The notes beneath the pieces were generated by a model that saw nothing but the letters and a program-made list of their open reading frames with translations, was not told the origin of the DNA and searched no databases. From Phoronis australis (lineage: Eukaryota > Animalia > Phoronida): a stretch of DNA of 42,201 nucleotides. Numbering within the stretch: the first letter of the stretch is position 1; each line of letters begins with the position of its first letter. Of this stretch, positions 1-11,627 are shown in pieces. A program made the translations under genes and the position numbers. The stretch covers positions 81,551 through 123,751 of the forward strand of contig NMRA01000843.1 in assembly GCA_002633005.1 (NCBI GenBank). Direction: 5' to 3'.

Positions 1-599
1 CTAGCTTGAACTGTGGGCGCTTAATTGGAAATTCTCAAAATTTAAGGGGGGACTTTTAATAAATCAGTGAGCACTTATTATGAAACACTTTAAAGGTAGG
101 GAGTAGGCTTTTGCGTGAGCATAGAGCATAAGATATTAAAACGCTGCAATGGTAAGACACATTATAATAATAGGATTTTGCGAGGCAAACTCCATCCAGT
201 AGGGCTGACTTTCTGGATATCATTACCACCTACTGTACATGTACATTGTACCCTTTTTAGCCACCCGGAATGATTTTGTTTTTAACTGCCCGCTTCAGCC
301 GGAACAAGGTTGTTTCTATAGGAGTCTGAACATTTTACGGCGACGGTGGTTCTGGGAGCGAAAAGTTGCGGGGGGGGGGTATAAAAAGAAGAATGAAAAG
401 TTCGCTAACTTGAACCACAGTTTCTCATCTAGTGCCAGTTTAGTTGCAATAGCTGGCTACGGGCATAGAATACAGGGTTTACAGAACATCGACCTCGGGA
501 AATATCGGAACAGGAAAACGTCAGTTCTGGGTTATATCGGTCCCGGGACATCGGGTCTTTTATAACCGCTGGGAATCTGAGTTCATTTTCAAATAAACC

Positions 600-1012
600 A
601 AGAGCCAAGCCGGTATACTCTTTCCTTTAGGACTTTCGCTGTTCTTTGAAGTGGTGCGCACGCGTGAGTTCACGCACTTGAATCGCTGGAGTAGGCCTAC
701 AGGTTTACGTTGGCAACAACGTGTGAAAGACAAATCATATGTCGCGCACGTAGCCCCAGAAACAAGTAAAGGGTTTGAGAATTTCTTGGCAACTGAAAGT
801 AAAGACGTGACTGTCGTTTGGCAATAGTAATAAGGTTGTCATTTTCACTTTGGCTGTCTTAATACGATAAAAAGGAGAAGCACATCTCAGTCTAAGTCAC
901 GATTGTCTGCCGAGACCGCTTGCGTGCTAACGGCGTCGCAGTGCAATATCATGTAATAAGGACATCTTATGTGAAAAATAAACATTTTTGTCCACCACAA
1001 CGTTTGGTAAGT
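600..1012 (+). promoter_or_regulatory. Putative promoter and non-coding first exon of the Ro60-like gene
   Basis: CpG-enriched stretch with GCGCAC-type motifs, followed by a consensus donor G|GTAAGT at 1007-1012. An acceptor 6 nt before the ATG (2057) implies an upstream UTR exon. Confidence 0.35.
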
Positions 1013-1939
1013 TGAAACACTGGATTACCAGGAGCTGCTTTGTATTTGCCTTGTATCTGTTGAGAAGTGTAAAAACTCAGCTCGCATTCGTTGGAAATTC
1101 CAGGTCGCATTTTGCGACTTGATACGAGATGACAAAAATCGCAGCTCGCATTTCCAAATTTCAGGTCGCAAATGCGACCTGCAGCTCGTTATGTCGAGCC
1201 CTGGCTGACCTTTTGAACTTTCCATGTCAGAGGGGACTGTTGAAGTAGTTCGGTAGCTGACTAGGAAAAATAATATCACATGGCTGATTCAGGGCATATA
1301 GAATAAACAACTATTAGAAAGTCAGTTTGTGATAAAGACCATAAATATTGTGCTGTATGCCTAAGGCGTAATGAAGTCCATAACAAAATGTATTCCCTGC
1401 TTATTACAGCCAAAGTCATAATAGCAACACCCTCCAGGGAAGACACAATAGACACTGACGGGGTTCATGCTCAACACTATAGTGATAGCATTATTCCTTG
1501 GATGGCAGATATCTTTAAAGACCCTTACAACACAATAATACACAACAGTAATACACAACACAGTAATAAGCAACACCTGGGGTTTCCAAAACTAAGTCTT
1601 CATTGTGGTTAATTAAATCCCTTAATAGTAATGCTGCCACTACAGCAACTGTTCAAATAAATCTTACCTGGTCCACCAATCCTGTCCTGCTGTGAGTGAA
1701 TGACTGCATACTGGCTCTGCAGCAACCTTTGTACAAACACTTTTCATTATCTGAACATACTTGTACAAGGAATGGCTAGTTAGAACTGTCTGACATCCTG
1801 GTCTCTCACCCCCGGAAATAACGCATCCAAGTCGTATGGCTGCACTGCAGATGGCAGCACCTCTCGGTTAACCGGTACCTCAGAAAATGATAATGTAAAG
1901 TACGCCCTGCATCATTCTGTGGATGAGCCCATAGATATG

Positions 1940-1984
1940 CGTTACGTTACGTTACGTTACGTTACGTTACGTTACGTTACGTTA
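1940..1984. repeat. (CGTTA)n pentanucleotide microsatellite
   Basis: About 9 perfect copies read directly. Confidence 0.95.
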
Positions 1985-2063
1985 TGTTTATTTTTACCTG
2001 GTTTAACATCAGTGAATAAGCAAAAATATGTTTAAAACTGCGCTAATATTTTTTCAGGTCAAA

Positions 2064-2613
2064 ATGTCCTCTAGTAACGAGGATGAGAGTTCTTGGAAGA
2101 CTTCTGACTTCACCAAACTTCATCGATTTCTATGTTTCGGATCTGAACAGCCTGTCTATTGCGCAGATCAGGTGGTAATGTCCGAGGATCGACTGGGCAT
2201 CGTCCAGCGCCTCATAGACAATGGTGAGGGGTCTAAAGTCATTGACACCATCAAACGCTTTGTCGATAAATCTCTGTCATGCAACCCGAAGGCAATAATC
2301 TATGCCCTGGCACTGTGTGCCAAGGCTTGCGACGAAGCGACAAAGAAATACGCCTATGCCAACTTACCTGCCATCTGCAAAACGCCAGATGAACTATTCT
2401 TGTTTCTCGAGTATGCCAAGAAGTTGAGTTTGAATCCAACAGAGGGCGTTGGTGCCAGAGGCTGGGGAAATACGCAACGCAAAGCCGTGAGCAAGTGGTA
2501 TAATGGTAAGGAACCCTTGGAGCTTGCACAACTGGTGAGTCAGTACCGCCACCGGCACAACTGGAGCCAGCAAGATGTTCTGAGACTCACTCATGTAAAG
2601 GCAGGCAGTAAAG
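2064..2613 (+). CDS. RO60: Ro60-like coding exon 1 (N-terminal TROVE domain)
   Basis: Acceptor ttttcag ends at 2057, ATG at 2064. Reads MSSSNEDESSWKTSDFTKLHRFLCFGSE...LRLTHVKAGSK. Donor GTGGGT at 2614, phase 1. Confidence 0.93.
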
Positions 2614-5600
2614 GTGGGTCTATTTTTAACACTCGGACTGTCGTCCTAATGAATACCCATGCTTCTGATTAACACCCAGCTTGTGTTCAAAGTGTTCTTG
2701 AACAAGTAATAATGTTATATAATGGAGCTGTGTGTTTAGTTTTAAGACTCAATCCCTTGGATCCACTTCAGGACTATTTTCTTTTGTTAAATTACAGAAT
2801 TTGATGACTTTTTGCAGCAATATTTGTTTATTATACAGGAATTTCAGAAAGCTTTCTGGAAAAAGAGTCAAATTAAACAATATGGATTAGCTCAATATTT
2901 CAAATATTTTCTCACCTGTCTTGTCCTGGTGTGTTGTAGATATAGGACTAGTCCTCAGCTATGTAGTTAACCCCAAGAAAATCCTGGAACAAACTGACGA
3001 CTCTCTTGGGGTGGGTGGAAAGCAAGCTTTGACCTACCTTAAGGCTGTAGAAAGTGTTCGTCATGCCGATGATATCACCCTGGTCGCCACGGTGACAGAA
3101 GAGCACCGCCTACATTTGGAGCACATACCAACAAAACTACACAAGGAGAGGAAGGTGAGGCCTCAAAACTTGGATATGTATCGAACACCAGTGGTCTCTC
3201 TCTTCCATGTAGCAGGTATACTGGTCTAGTTCAGCACAATGTATACATGTAGCAGGTGTACCGGTCTAGTTCAGCACAGTGTATACACAGTGGTCTCTCT
3301 CTTCCATGTAACAGGTATACTGGTCTAGTTCAGCACAATGTATACATGTAGCAGGTGTACCGGTCTAGTTCAGCACAATGTATACATGTAGCAGGTATAC
3401 TGGTCTAGTTCAGCACAATGTATACATGTAGGAGGTATACCGGTCTACTTCAGCACAATGTATACATGTAGCAGGTATACCGGTCTAGTTTAGCACAATG
3501 TATACATGAAAATGGGGGAAAGTGGGGATAAGGCTGTCTGAGACAAAATGAGGAATGATCCTTCCAACATCAACAGCAGTTTGCTGACCCTGTCCACAAA
3601 TTTGTCACTTCTTTCTCTTTAACTTACAAACCTGCAGCAATATCATTGGTACTTTGCCAAGATGGTAAGTGAGAAAGCAAGAGACTGTACATGAATCTGC
3701 CTTACCCTTCATGATGGCTCAGTGTAAGTGAAATGTACTATCCAAGCTGACAGAATGCCCTGTCGTGACGGGCCATTACTTTCAGTTGACGGTAAGTCCT
3801 ACCCATTCTATGAGATATTGACCTTCGGTTTTCTATTAGAAAATATGGGTTGATAAGTTGGGTCTCTGAGACAGGGATTGCTCCTTTATTTCCCTGTCTC
3901 GTTGAACATTGATTGGGCAATATCATGACAAGGGTGCAGCTTCATGTCTTTGCACCTTTTTGCTTTCAAGCTTAGGACATCAAGTTGGCAGTGACTAGTG
4001 AGTAACATCTGGCAGTATTAAGGTTGAAGCAAAGAGGCTTGCTACCGTGGGCTGGACACTGGTCAGTTTTGTCTTTGGATTACAAGAATTTAGGTCAAAA
4101 TAATTTTTGCAAAAATCATCAACTTACCAGAGTCAAGTTCCATGTGCTGTCAGTTCTCTCTACCTTGCTTGGGGATCAAAGGTCAATAAATGAAACGTTG
4201 GTCACAAATAGTGATTAGAAAAAGGCCCCCGAAGTCTTTTTAACAAGAATTCCCATTGAAATGTCTTGCTACTTTCAATGTTAAGCCGAGGGGACAGAGT
4301 GGGTGAGTCTTGATTAACCTGTTGTCTTCTGAACTATCCATGCTTAAGGTTTTGTTCAACAGTTCTTGTTTTGTTCATTTTATTTCGCATTTTAAAAACA
4401 GGTTATATTAATTGTCCACTTTCTCTTGTCTGAGTAATTGCCAAATTTAAAATTTTTCTATTTTTCGAAGACTAGTTATTTTGCATCAAAAATTGGAAAC
4501 TGATACCAACTGTTGTTTTAAAAATATATTTGCAGTCTCAAACCAAGCTGATAATTAACCAAATTATTATTTGGTGTAACAAAATTGCTCCAAGAATGTT
4601 GCTTTGTTGTGAATTTTTTTTGTTTTTTAATTGTTTGTTTGTACGCAAGCCACAGGTTGTATCAACCAATTGAAGTAAAACTCACCTGCAAAGGTGCATT
4701 TCATTAAAATATCGAGGCCTGTTGTTTTACGTCAAAATCAGTCCAAAGGTGGTGCTTTAACAGCCATTTTTCAAAGTTTTGTTTTGTATTTCCAGCATCC
4801 CTTGATGGATATTTTTTAAAGTTGTTGTGTGGATAGATCTCTTCAAGGACTTGAGCATTGTGCCATTGGCAGCGCCACCCATTGTGCCACTGGCAGCGCC
4901 ACCCATTGTGCCACTGGCAGCGCCACCCATTTTTCATTGGGACTTACTGTAAATCCCGTTTCTCACTACAGCTTACCGTTCTCGAAATATTCAACATTTA
5001 CTAAGCAGATGATTGTTCATTTGTCACTTGGTGAAATTTATTTCGCCAAGTATGTTGCTCTCCATCAAGTTTTTTTGTTTGTTCGCACGATACAGGTCAC
5101 AATGTTCGTCCGATTATCACGAAATTTACACGTAACACGTAGTTTCAGAAGTACTGGAAGCCTATTGTTTTTCGTCATAATCAGATCCAAGATGGCGGAT
5201 GTGGTGTCCATTTTGTTTTCATTTTATGATTCAAATGCTTCTGGAGGCTACAATTTTTTACGTACAAGGTTGAAACTCGGCACAATTAATGGACTGGATA
5301 TGCGCTAGAAGGATACCGGAAATTGTTTACTTCCGGTTAAATTTAAAGATGGCGGAAATATCGGCAATCGCGCGTGCGCACCTCGATTTCGGGAAAAAAC
5401 GTTTTCTCCTGTAGAGGACGCATTATAGGGCCAATACCTTCGAATTTTTGCAGATATTAGTTTCCTATGACATGCTATTATACAAATACAAACAACCAGA
5501 AGTTGCTCTCAAGATGGCGGATCCGGCGCATATTGACCCATTTTCAGTCGTGCTGAGGTGCCATTTAAGCGGGAGGAGGAAATAACGTGAATTTTTGCAC

Positions 5601-8600
5601 GTGTATTCTCTAAGGTATACTCTTTCAAATGAACTCCAACAATATTTCTCTCAGACTTACTGTTTTTGAGTTATTTGACTTTGAATTTCTTAAAAAAAAT
5701 GCAAAATTTAATTTTTTTCGAAAAATTTACGGAATTCTGTGATACTATCAATTTAGATAGAGTTTTGAACGGGCTTTAAGATGTTTTCCATTTTTCGCTA
5801 GGACGTCTAGTTTTCGAGTAATTTGAGATTTTCTGATAACGCTGTTCCTTTATTGAGCGCTCTTGCTGCATTGATGTTGGTTTATCTTCTATTGAACTAG
5901 ACTGTAGCCTATTTCTTATTGNGTATTTCCAGCATCCCTTGATGGATATTTTTTAAAGTTGTTGTGTGGATAGATCTCTTCAAGGACTTGAGCATTGTGC
6001 CATTGGCAGCGCCACCCATTGTGCCACTGGCAGCGCCACCCATTGTGCCACTGGCAGCGCCACCCATTTTTCATTGGGACTTACTGTAAATCCCGTTTCT
6101 CACTACAGCTTACCGTTCTCGAAATATTCAACATTTACTAAGCAGATGATTGTTCTTTTGTCACTTGGTGAAATTTATTTCGCCAAGTATGTTGCTCTCC
6201 ATCAAGTTTTTTTTTTGTTTGTTCGCACGATACAGGTCACAATGTTCGTCCGATCATCACGAAATTTACACGTAACACGTAGTTTCAGAAGTACTGGAAG
6301 CCTATTGTTTTTCGTCATAATCAGATCCAAGATGGCGGATGTGGTGTCCATTTTGTTTTCATTTTATGATTCAAATGCTTCTGGAGGCTACAATTTTTTA
6401 CATACAGGGTTGGAACTCGGCACAATGAATGGACTGGACATGCGCTACAAGTATACCAGAAATTGTTTACTTCCGGTTAAATTTAAAGATGGCGGAAATA
6501 TCGGCAATCGCGCATGCGCACCTCGATTTCAGGAAAAAACGTTTTCTCCCGTAGAGTATGCATTATAGGGCCAATACCTTCAAATTTTTGCAGATATTAA
6601 TTTTCTTATGACATGGTATTATACAAATCCAAACAACCAGAAGTTGCTCTGAAGGTGGCGGATACGGCGCATATTGACCCATTTTCAGTCGTGCTGAGGT
6701 GCCATTTAAGCGGGAGGAGGAAATAACGTGAATTTTTACATGTGGATTCTCTAAGGTAAACTGTCTCTTTCAAATGAACTCTAACAATATTTCTCTCAGA
6801 CTTACCGTTTTTGAGTTATTTGACTTTGAATTTCTTTAAAAAAATGCAAAATTTAATTTTTTTCGAAAAATTTACGGAATTCTGTGATACTATAAATTAA
6901 GATTAGAGTTTTGAACGGGCTTTAAGAAGATGTTTTCCATTTTTCACTAGGAAGTCTACTTTTCGAGTTATTTGAGATTTTCTGATAACGCTGTTCCTTT
7001 GTTGAGCGCTCTTGCTGCAATGATGTTGGTTTAGCTTCTATTGAACTAGACTGTAGCCTATTTCTTATTCATTTATGACATCTAAGTTCATCATGAATGT
7101 TATGATGTTGTTCATCATCGCCACCACCATCATCATATTCATCATCTTCGTCACCATCTCCGACGTCATCTTTTCTTCAGTTAATTTCGCCAAGTGTCGC
7201 TCAACACTGTAGCCTATTTCTTAGTGATTTCTGACCACTATGTTTGTCATATGAATGATATCATAACTTGCATTGTCCATCATCGCCACCATCGTCGTCA
7301 TAGCTGTCATCTTTGTCATCATCTCTGTCATCGTCTTTTCTGGTCATCTCTAACGTGGTTTTTTGGTTAATTTCGCCAAGTTTCGCTCCTCGGAGCGCTT
7401 TCATTGACTTATTCCTTGCTGCGCTTTTGTTGGTCTATCATGCGTTCTTTAACTTTGTGTTTCAAAATATGACTTAAAATTTTAGGACTTTAAACATAGC
7501 TCAGGGTTTTTAAAATATGCTGCCTGAGGATTTACAAACATGATGTAAAATATTGTAAACATTGTTAAGGACTTTTGTTTGAATGTAGGGAGTACACTGC
7601 ATTAATGACCCAACAAAGGTCTCACATCTTGGTTATGTACTCTCATTGAACAAACACAGGGGCGAAGCAGTGTCTGCTCAATGCAAGTGAAGGTAGAACC
7701 AAGATGCAGGTGTTTTTCTGGCCTATTTTCATCACATTCTGTTGTGTGATGGACAGTAAGCACTCCTTGGAAGAAGTAAAATGGAAAATGTATCTTAAAG
7801 AAAATATGTGTATTTTTTCTGAACATTAGAAAATCTGAAAATCTATCATGTTCACTAACAAACCAATTTGTTTTCGTAATTTTTTACTGGTATGAGTTGA
7901 CTGACGTTTTTTTTAATTACCTTTATGTTATTTTTAGTATGTTTACTGCAGGATCAGAAAAATTCGGTGTGTATAAATTCTGGGTTCAAATTATTAACAT
8001 GGACTTCATGTGTTCTTCCAAAACTCTTTTGACTCTTTTCTATGGATTTCGATGTGCTAAGAAAATGGGTTCAGTTTTGCTTGCAACTAAACCACTGTAT
8101 GGCTTCTGTATTCAGGGCTTGGGGTAACCAAGACGAAACGATAACAGTTAAACATAGATTGTTTATGTCGGCCATGACTGGCCTTAGTTTCACTTGTTTT
8201 CTAGTTCTTACTTTGTCTCCATGATTGCCTTGTACAGATATGGCGGGCGCTGCTCCGTGCCGACCTTTCCCTCTGCTTAGTCCTACAACATTTTCCTGTC
8301 ATGGCCGCTCTCGGAATGTTCGATGGTGACGGAGAAGATCTGACCATCGTTAAAGACAAACTGGGAAATGTTGAAGCATTGAAAAAGGACAGGTACGCAG
8401 GCAAATTTGGTGGACCATAAGGATATCTCATGAGAATACATGTCAACTGTTTCTGGGAATTCAATCGGCATATGAATGCTACGGTTTGATATTAATGGTT
8501 GATAATTATCTTCATGTGAGGCTTATCATCAATCGTAATTTCTTTTCGCTATGTAAAGGTAAAGAGGTTATTGATGAATGCTGATGGCAATTTATTGTTA

Positions 8601-11471
8601 ATCTGATATGAATCCATATCCATCAATATTGAGGTGTCTTTAGTGATATTCACAGATTTACTGTCTATTTCACTGCTTCTGCTGCAAAACATTATTTAAT
8701 GTCATCTGACACGTTCTAACTTATTTGACATCAGTCTTGATTTTGCCATTTGTTTCAAGAGTCTTGAGACCTCTCACTGTGTGGTATTAGTTTTCAAAAC
8801 TTACTGTCTTGTTGCTTACAATTGTGTAACATAGTCATGTCAGTGGGACACTCAGGTGGGATCTAATACTTGTACTGTACTTGCATCTAATACTTGTACT
8901 GTANGACTGAGAACATGTAATAATCTATTTATACCACACACTGAACGAGAAACATTGCAATGAATCAATGTACCTTTCTCAACTCGCCTCGGCTTTGTAA
9001 CTACTTTCTACGTCAGAAGCCCGGGGTCAGAGGTCGTGACCTTTTAAGAAAAGCCTAGCTATTTTTGTCAAATAATGCTTATACTCAAAACCAATTGAAA
9101 ATTTAAACAGAATTGAAATAAAGTGAATCTATAAATTAAGGTTTAGCAACTATTATAGCTTAATACACATTTTATCACGCTAAGCTTCGACCAGGAAAAT
9201 ATCGTCTGCTAAAGTAGGTTACCACTAGTAACTGACTATAATGCTCAAGTCAAAGGATCCCGACGACATGATACCCGCATTCAAATTGGAGATCTGTGAT
9301 TTACAAGTGAGAGAACACGAGAGAAAAATTTCACAGAATTAAAATATCGTTTTTATGGAAATTATGCATCTTATTTTTCATAGCGTATAAATGTCGGTGC
9401 AATGCCCTTTGCTGAACATGCGATTGTTGCGCGTGCTCATTTAAATATTCTATTTTCACGTTGGATGACGTCAGCCGCTGAGTGATGCAGTGGTAAAGTC
9501 GGCGACTCGCAACTGTTGAGGCGCGGGTTCGAATCCGGCCTCGGTTTCGCGCCAAAATGTTATCTCACTAGTGAGATAATTTTATGGGTTATTACATGGT
9601 CTTATCTGCCATTCGAGGCTAATATTGTGGTATAAATTATATTATTAGTTAAATTAGATTAAAAGGATATTTACAAATTAAATTTATAAATTGAATTGAA
9701 ACTGCTATATAAACACAATGGATTCTTGAGAAAACAAATTATTGAAACGTTATTGATGCTTTTTTGTGGCTTTTGAAGAGATTTTATAGGGTTCACCTGT
9801 CAAAAGTCTCAAATTAATTGTATTCTGATTGCGAACCTCCAACAAGTTAAGATTTGATGTCTAAGTCGTTCTGGTTTCAATCTTTTCCCATCTGACAATG
9901 TTTTGCAGAACACCGACTCGACAAATCAACGCCACCTGGTGGCTATTGACCTGAGTGAGAAAATGACTAAGGCAGACAAGCACAACTCGTGTTCTGCCCA
10001 GGTAGCTATGACTGTTGCCATGACAATCGCTCAAACGGAAACTGGCTCAGAGGTTGTGACCTTTAAGGACAAGGATGTCACCTGCTTGGGAGTTACAGCC
10101 CAAACAACCTTCAAAGAAGGCTGTGCTCTTGTTGAGACGGTAGGTACAAATCATACAACTTTCAAAGTCGCATAGAACTTTTTCTGATGAAATTTCAGCT
10201 AAAAGCCTTGATTACTCACTGACTTTTGTTATGGGGCGTGAAATTTTTAATTCACTGATTTGTTTGGAAAATAATGTTGAATTAAGCTGTTGGTGTCATA
10301 ATAAATCAAGAGGCAAAATTTATAATTAACCAAGTTTTCAAAAAGTGCCTACTCTCAGTGCAAAGATGTGTGGCTAATTTTCAAATACTGTATCTACTTT
10401 ATTGTTTTTTATCCTCATTCATGACTCTGACGAAGCTGGAGGTTTCTGACGACTCATCAACATTCCTTTGAAACCAACTGTTTCTGTGGGTTAGCTCCTC
10501 ATAAATGTGATCCATACACTGTAACTCTGTATTCTGTTTCACGTGATGATGGTGTGCCTTTTTGTCAGTCATTAACAGTTTATGTTAATTTCAGCTGAGC
10601 AAAAGTGGCTGCAGCCCATTGGATTGCACCCAGCCAATCACATGGGCGCTCAATAACAAGAAGCCTTTTGACATGTTCGTAGTATTCACTGCCAGTACAA
10701 CTACGAGCACGCCAGCCCGAGACGTATTGCTCAAGTATCGTAGAGAAATGGGTATTTTCGCCAAGTATGTGTACCATTAGAAATATACCTGTCTGTAGGC
10801 CCGCAGCCTGTAGCCCTGAATCAAAACAGTGTCCTTTTTGGAAGTCTGGCGAGTACAAGGCCCCAATCATTGTTAGCACTGTACTACACACACATCACTG
10901 TAGTTAGCATTGTACTACACACACATCACTGTAGTTAGCATTGTACTACACACACACCAGTGTAGTTAGCATTGTACTACACACACATCACTGTAGTTAG
11001 CACTGTACTACACACACATCACTGTAGTTCAGTTTACCACAAATTGCGTGTTCCATTTGGTTGTTGCTTAATTATTGTCTTTAAAGTTGCTCGACTCGAG
11101 TTTGGGAAGTAAGGTACGTTAAACTTAAATTGAAGGGAACTTTTCATATTTTATGCATCGACTTAAATCATGATCGATAACGAGAAAAAGTTAGCATGCT
11201 CCGGGTGAATAGCAATTTTACTATGTCCCTTTTTTACTTTGAAACATTATGATTATATGTATTCGCGACATGTCATTGATAAGTGAGTAAAAAAGGTCTA
11301 CACGTATTAATTCACTGTTGTTCATTTCTTTTCAGATTAATTGTTTGTACCGTCTCCCACAAGGGGTCGTGTCCTGTGGCTGACCCTGGTGATGCTGGCA
11401 TGTTGGACATTAGAGGCCTGACACCAGAATGTATGCAGGCCATAAGGAACATGGCTTTAGGAGATTTGTAG
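2064..11471 (+). CDS. RO60: Ro60/TROVE2-like RNA-binding protein gene (TROVE + vWA), spliced. Coding exons: 2064-2613, 2940-3154, 8238-8392, [one exon not found], 9909-10139, 10595-10764, 11336-11471
   Basis: Translated exons are colinear with vertebrate Ro60: LHRFLCFGSE, GWGNTQRKAVSKWYNGK, WSQQDVLRLTH, EHIPT, IWRALL, RHLVAIDLS, DCTQPITWA..FDMFVVFT, KLIVC..VADPGDAGMLDIRG. All exons have GT-AG boundaries with compatible phases, except the junction 8392/9909. Confidence 0.93.
2940..3154 (+). CDS. RO60: Ro60-like coding exon 2
   Basis: Acceptor tgtag ends at 2939. Reads DIGLVLSYVVNPKK...LTYLKAVESVR...EHIPTKLHKERK. Donor GTGAGG at 3155, phase 0. Confidence 0.9.
3206..3508. repeat. Minisatellite, ~40-bp unit (CATGTAGCAGGTATACTGGTCTAGTTCAGCACAATGTATA), in a Ro60 intron
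   Basis: About 7 near-identical tandem units. Confidence 0.9.
4786..7069. repeat. ~1.14-kb near-identical tandem duplication (4786-5921 / 5923-~7069) joined at a single N; probable haplotype overlap
   Basis: The second copy restarts GTATTTCCAGCATCCC immediately after N5922. Scattered SNPs and indels separate the copies. Each copy holds three 24-bp GGCAGCGCCACCCATTGTGCCACT units. Confidence 0.9.
8238..8392 (+). CDS. RO60: Ro60-like coding exon 3 (not in the ORF track)
   Basis: Acceptor tacag ends at 8237. IWRALLRADLSLCLVLQHFPVMAALGMFDGDGEDLTIVKDKLGNVEALKKDR matches Ro60 VWKALL...EKLCNEKLLKKAR. Donor GTACGC at 8393, phase 2. Confidence 0.88.
8918..9647. mobile_element. Non-autonomous TIR-bounded element (~0.72 kb) in a Ro60 intron, carrying a tRNA-like cassette
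   Basis: ATTTATACCACA (8927-8938) and TGTGGTATAAAT (9626-9637) are inverted; the match extends imperfectly to about 21 bp. Confidence 0.55.
9477..9546 (+). pseudogene. tRNA-like sequence (tRNA pseudogene or SINE head) with Pol III A and B boxes
   Basis: A-box-like TGATGCAGTGG and B-box GGTTCGAATCC. Acceptor-like pairing GCTGAG/CTCGGT and T-arm GCGGG-TTCGAAT-CCGGC are present, but the anticodon stem pairs poorly (CGC in the loop). Confidence 0.65.
9909..10139 (+). CDS. RO60: Ro60-like exon, start of vWA domain
   Basis: Acceptor ttttgcag ends at 9908. NTDSTNQRHLVAIDLSEKM...TETGSEVVTFKD corresponds to TVEPTGKRFLLAVDVSASM...TEKDSYVVAFSD. Donor GTAGGT at 10140, phase 0. Confidence 0.88.
10595..10764 (+). 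CDS. RO60: Ro60-like exon, vWA domain (not in the ORF track)
   Basis: Acceptor tttcag ends at 10594. Reads LSKSGCSPLDCTQPITWALNNKKPFDMFVVFTASTTTSTPARDVLLKYRREMGIFAK. Donor GTATGT at 10765, phase 2. Confidence 0.9.
10869..11029. repeat. Minisatellite, ~31-bp unit (ACTGTAGTTAGCATTGTACTACACACACATC)
   Basis: About 5 tandem copies. Confidence 0.9.
11336..11471 (+). CDS. RO60: Ro60-like terminal coding exon
   Basis: Acceptor ttttcag ends at 11335. LIVCTVSHKGSCPVADPGDAGMLDIRGLTPECMQAIRNMALGDL* matches the Ro60 C-terminus [36 protein letters not shown]. Confidence 0.92.
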
Positions 11472-11553
11472 TTGATGTAGAATAGGTTAGGTGTTGCAAG
11501 TATTGGTTCTCTCTAACACATTCTGAATACGGTGAAATTTAGTTTTAGCCTAC

Positions 11554-11627
11554 ACAGGGAGAGTGTACTTGTGTACTTGCCTGTCTAAACAGGGAGAGTG
11601 TACTTGTGTACTTGCCTGTCTAAACAG
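11554..11627. repeat. 35-bp tandem duplication in the putative Ro60 3' UTR
   Basis: ACAGGGAGAGTGTACTTGTGTACTTGCCTGTCTAA occurs twice. Confidence 0.85.

Noticed and set aside
3206-3508. Regularly spaced repeats resembling a CRISPR array (also 10869, 19990, 33024)
   Set aside because: Head-to-tail units without unique spacers, no cas genes, and a eukaryotic context.
4829-6568. Twin ORFs (159 and 200 aa) with ATGSATHC repeats
   Set aside because: Intronic, derived from a 24-bp repeat plus a duplicated interspersed element; non-ATG starts and no recognisable domain.
9027-9048. TCAGAGGTCGTGACCTTTTAAG, similar to Ro60 exon sequence at 10047-10067
   Set aside because: About 20 bp only, inside a TE-like element, and the similarity does not extend.
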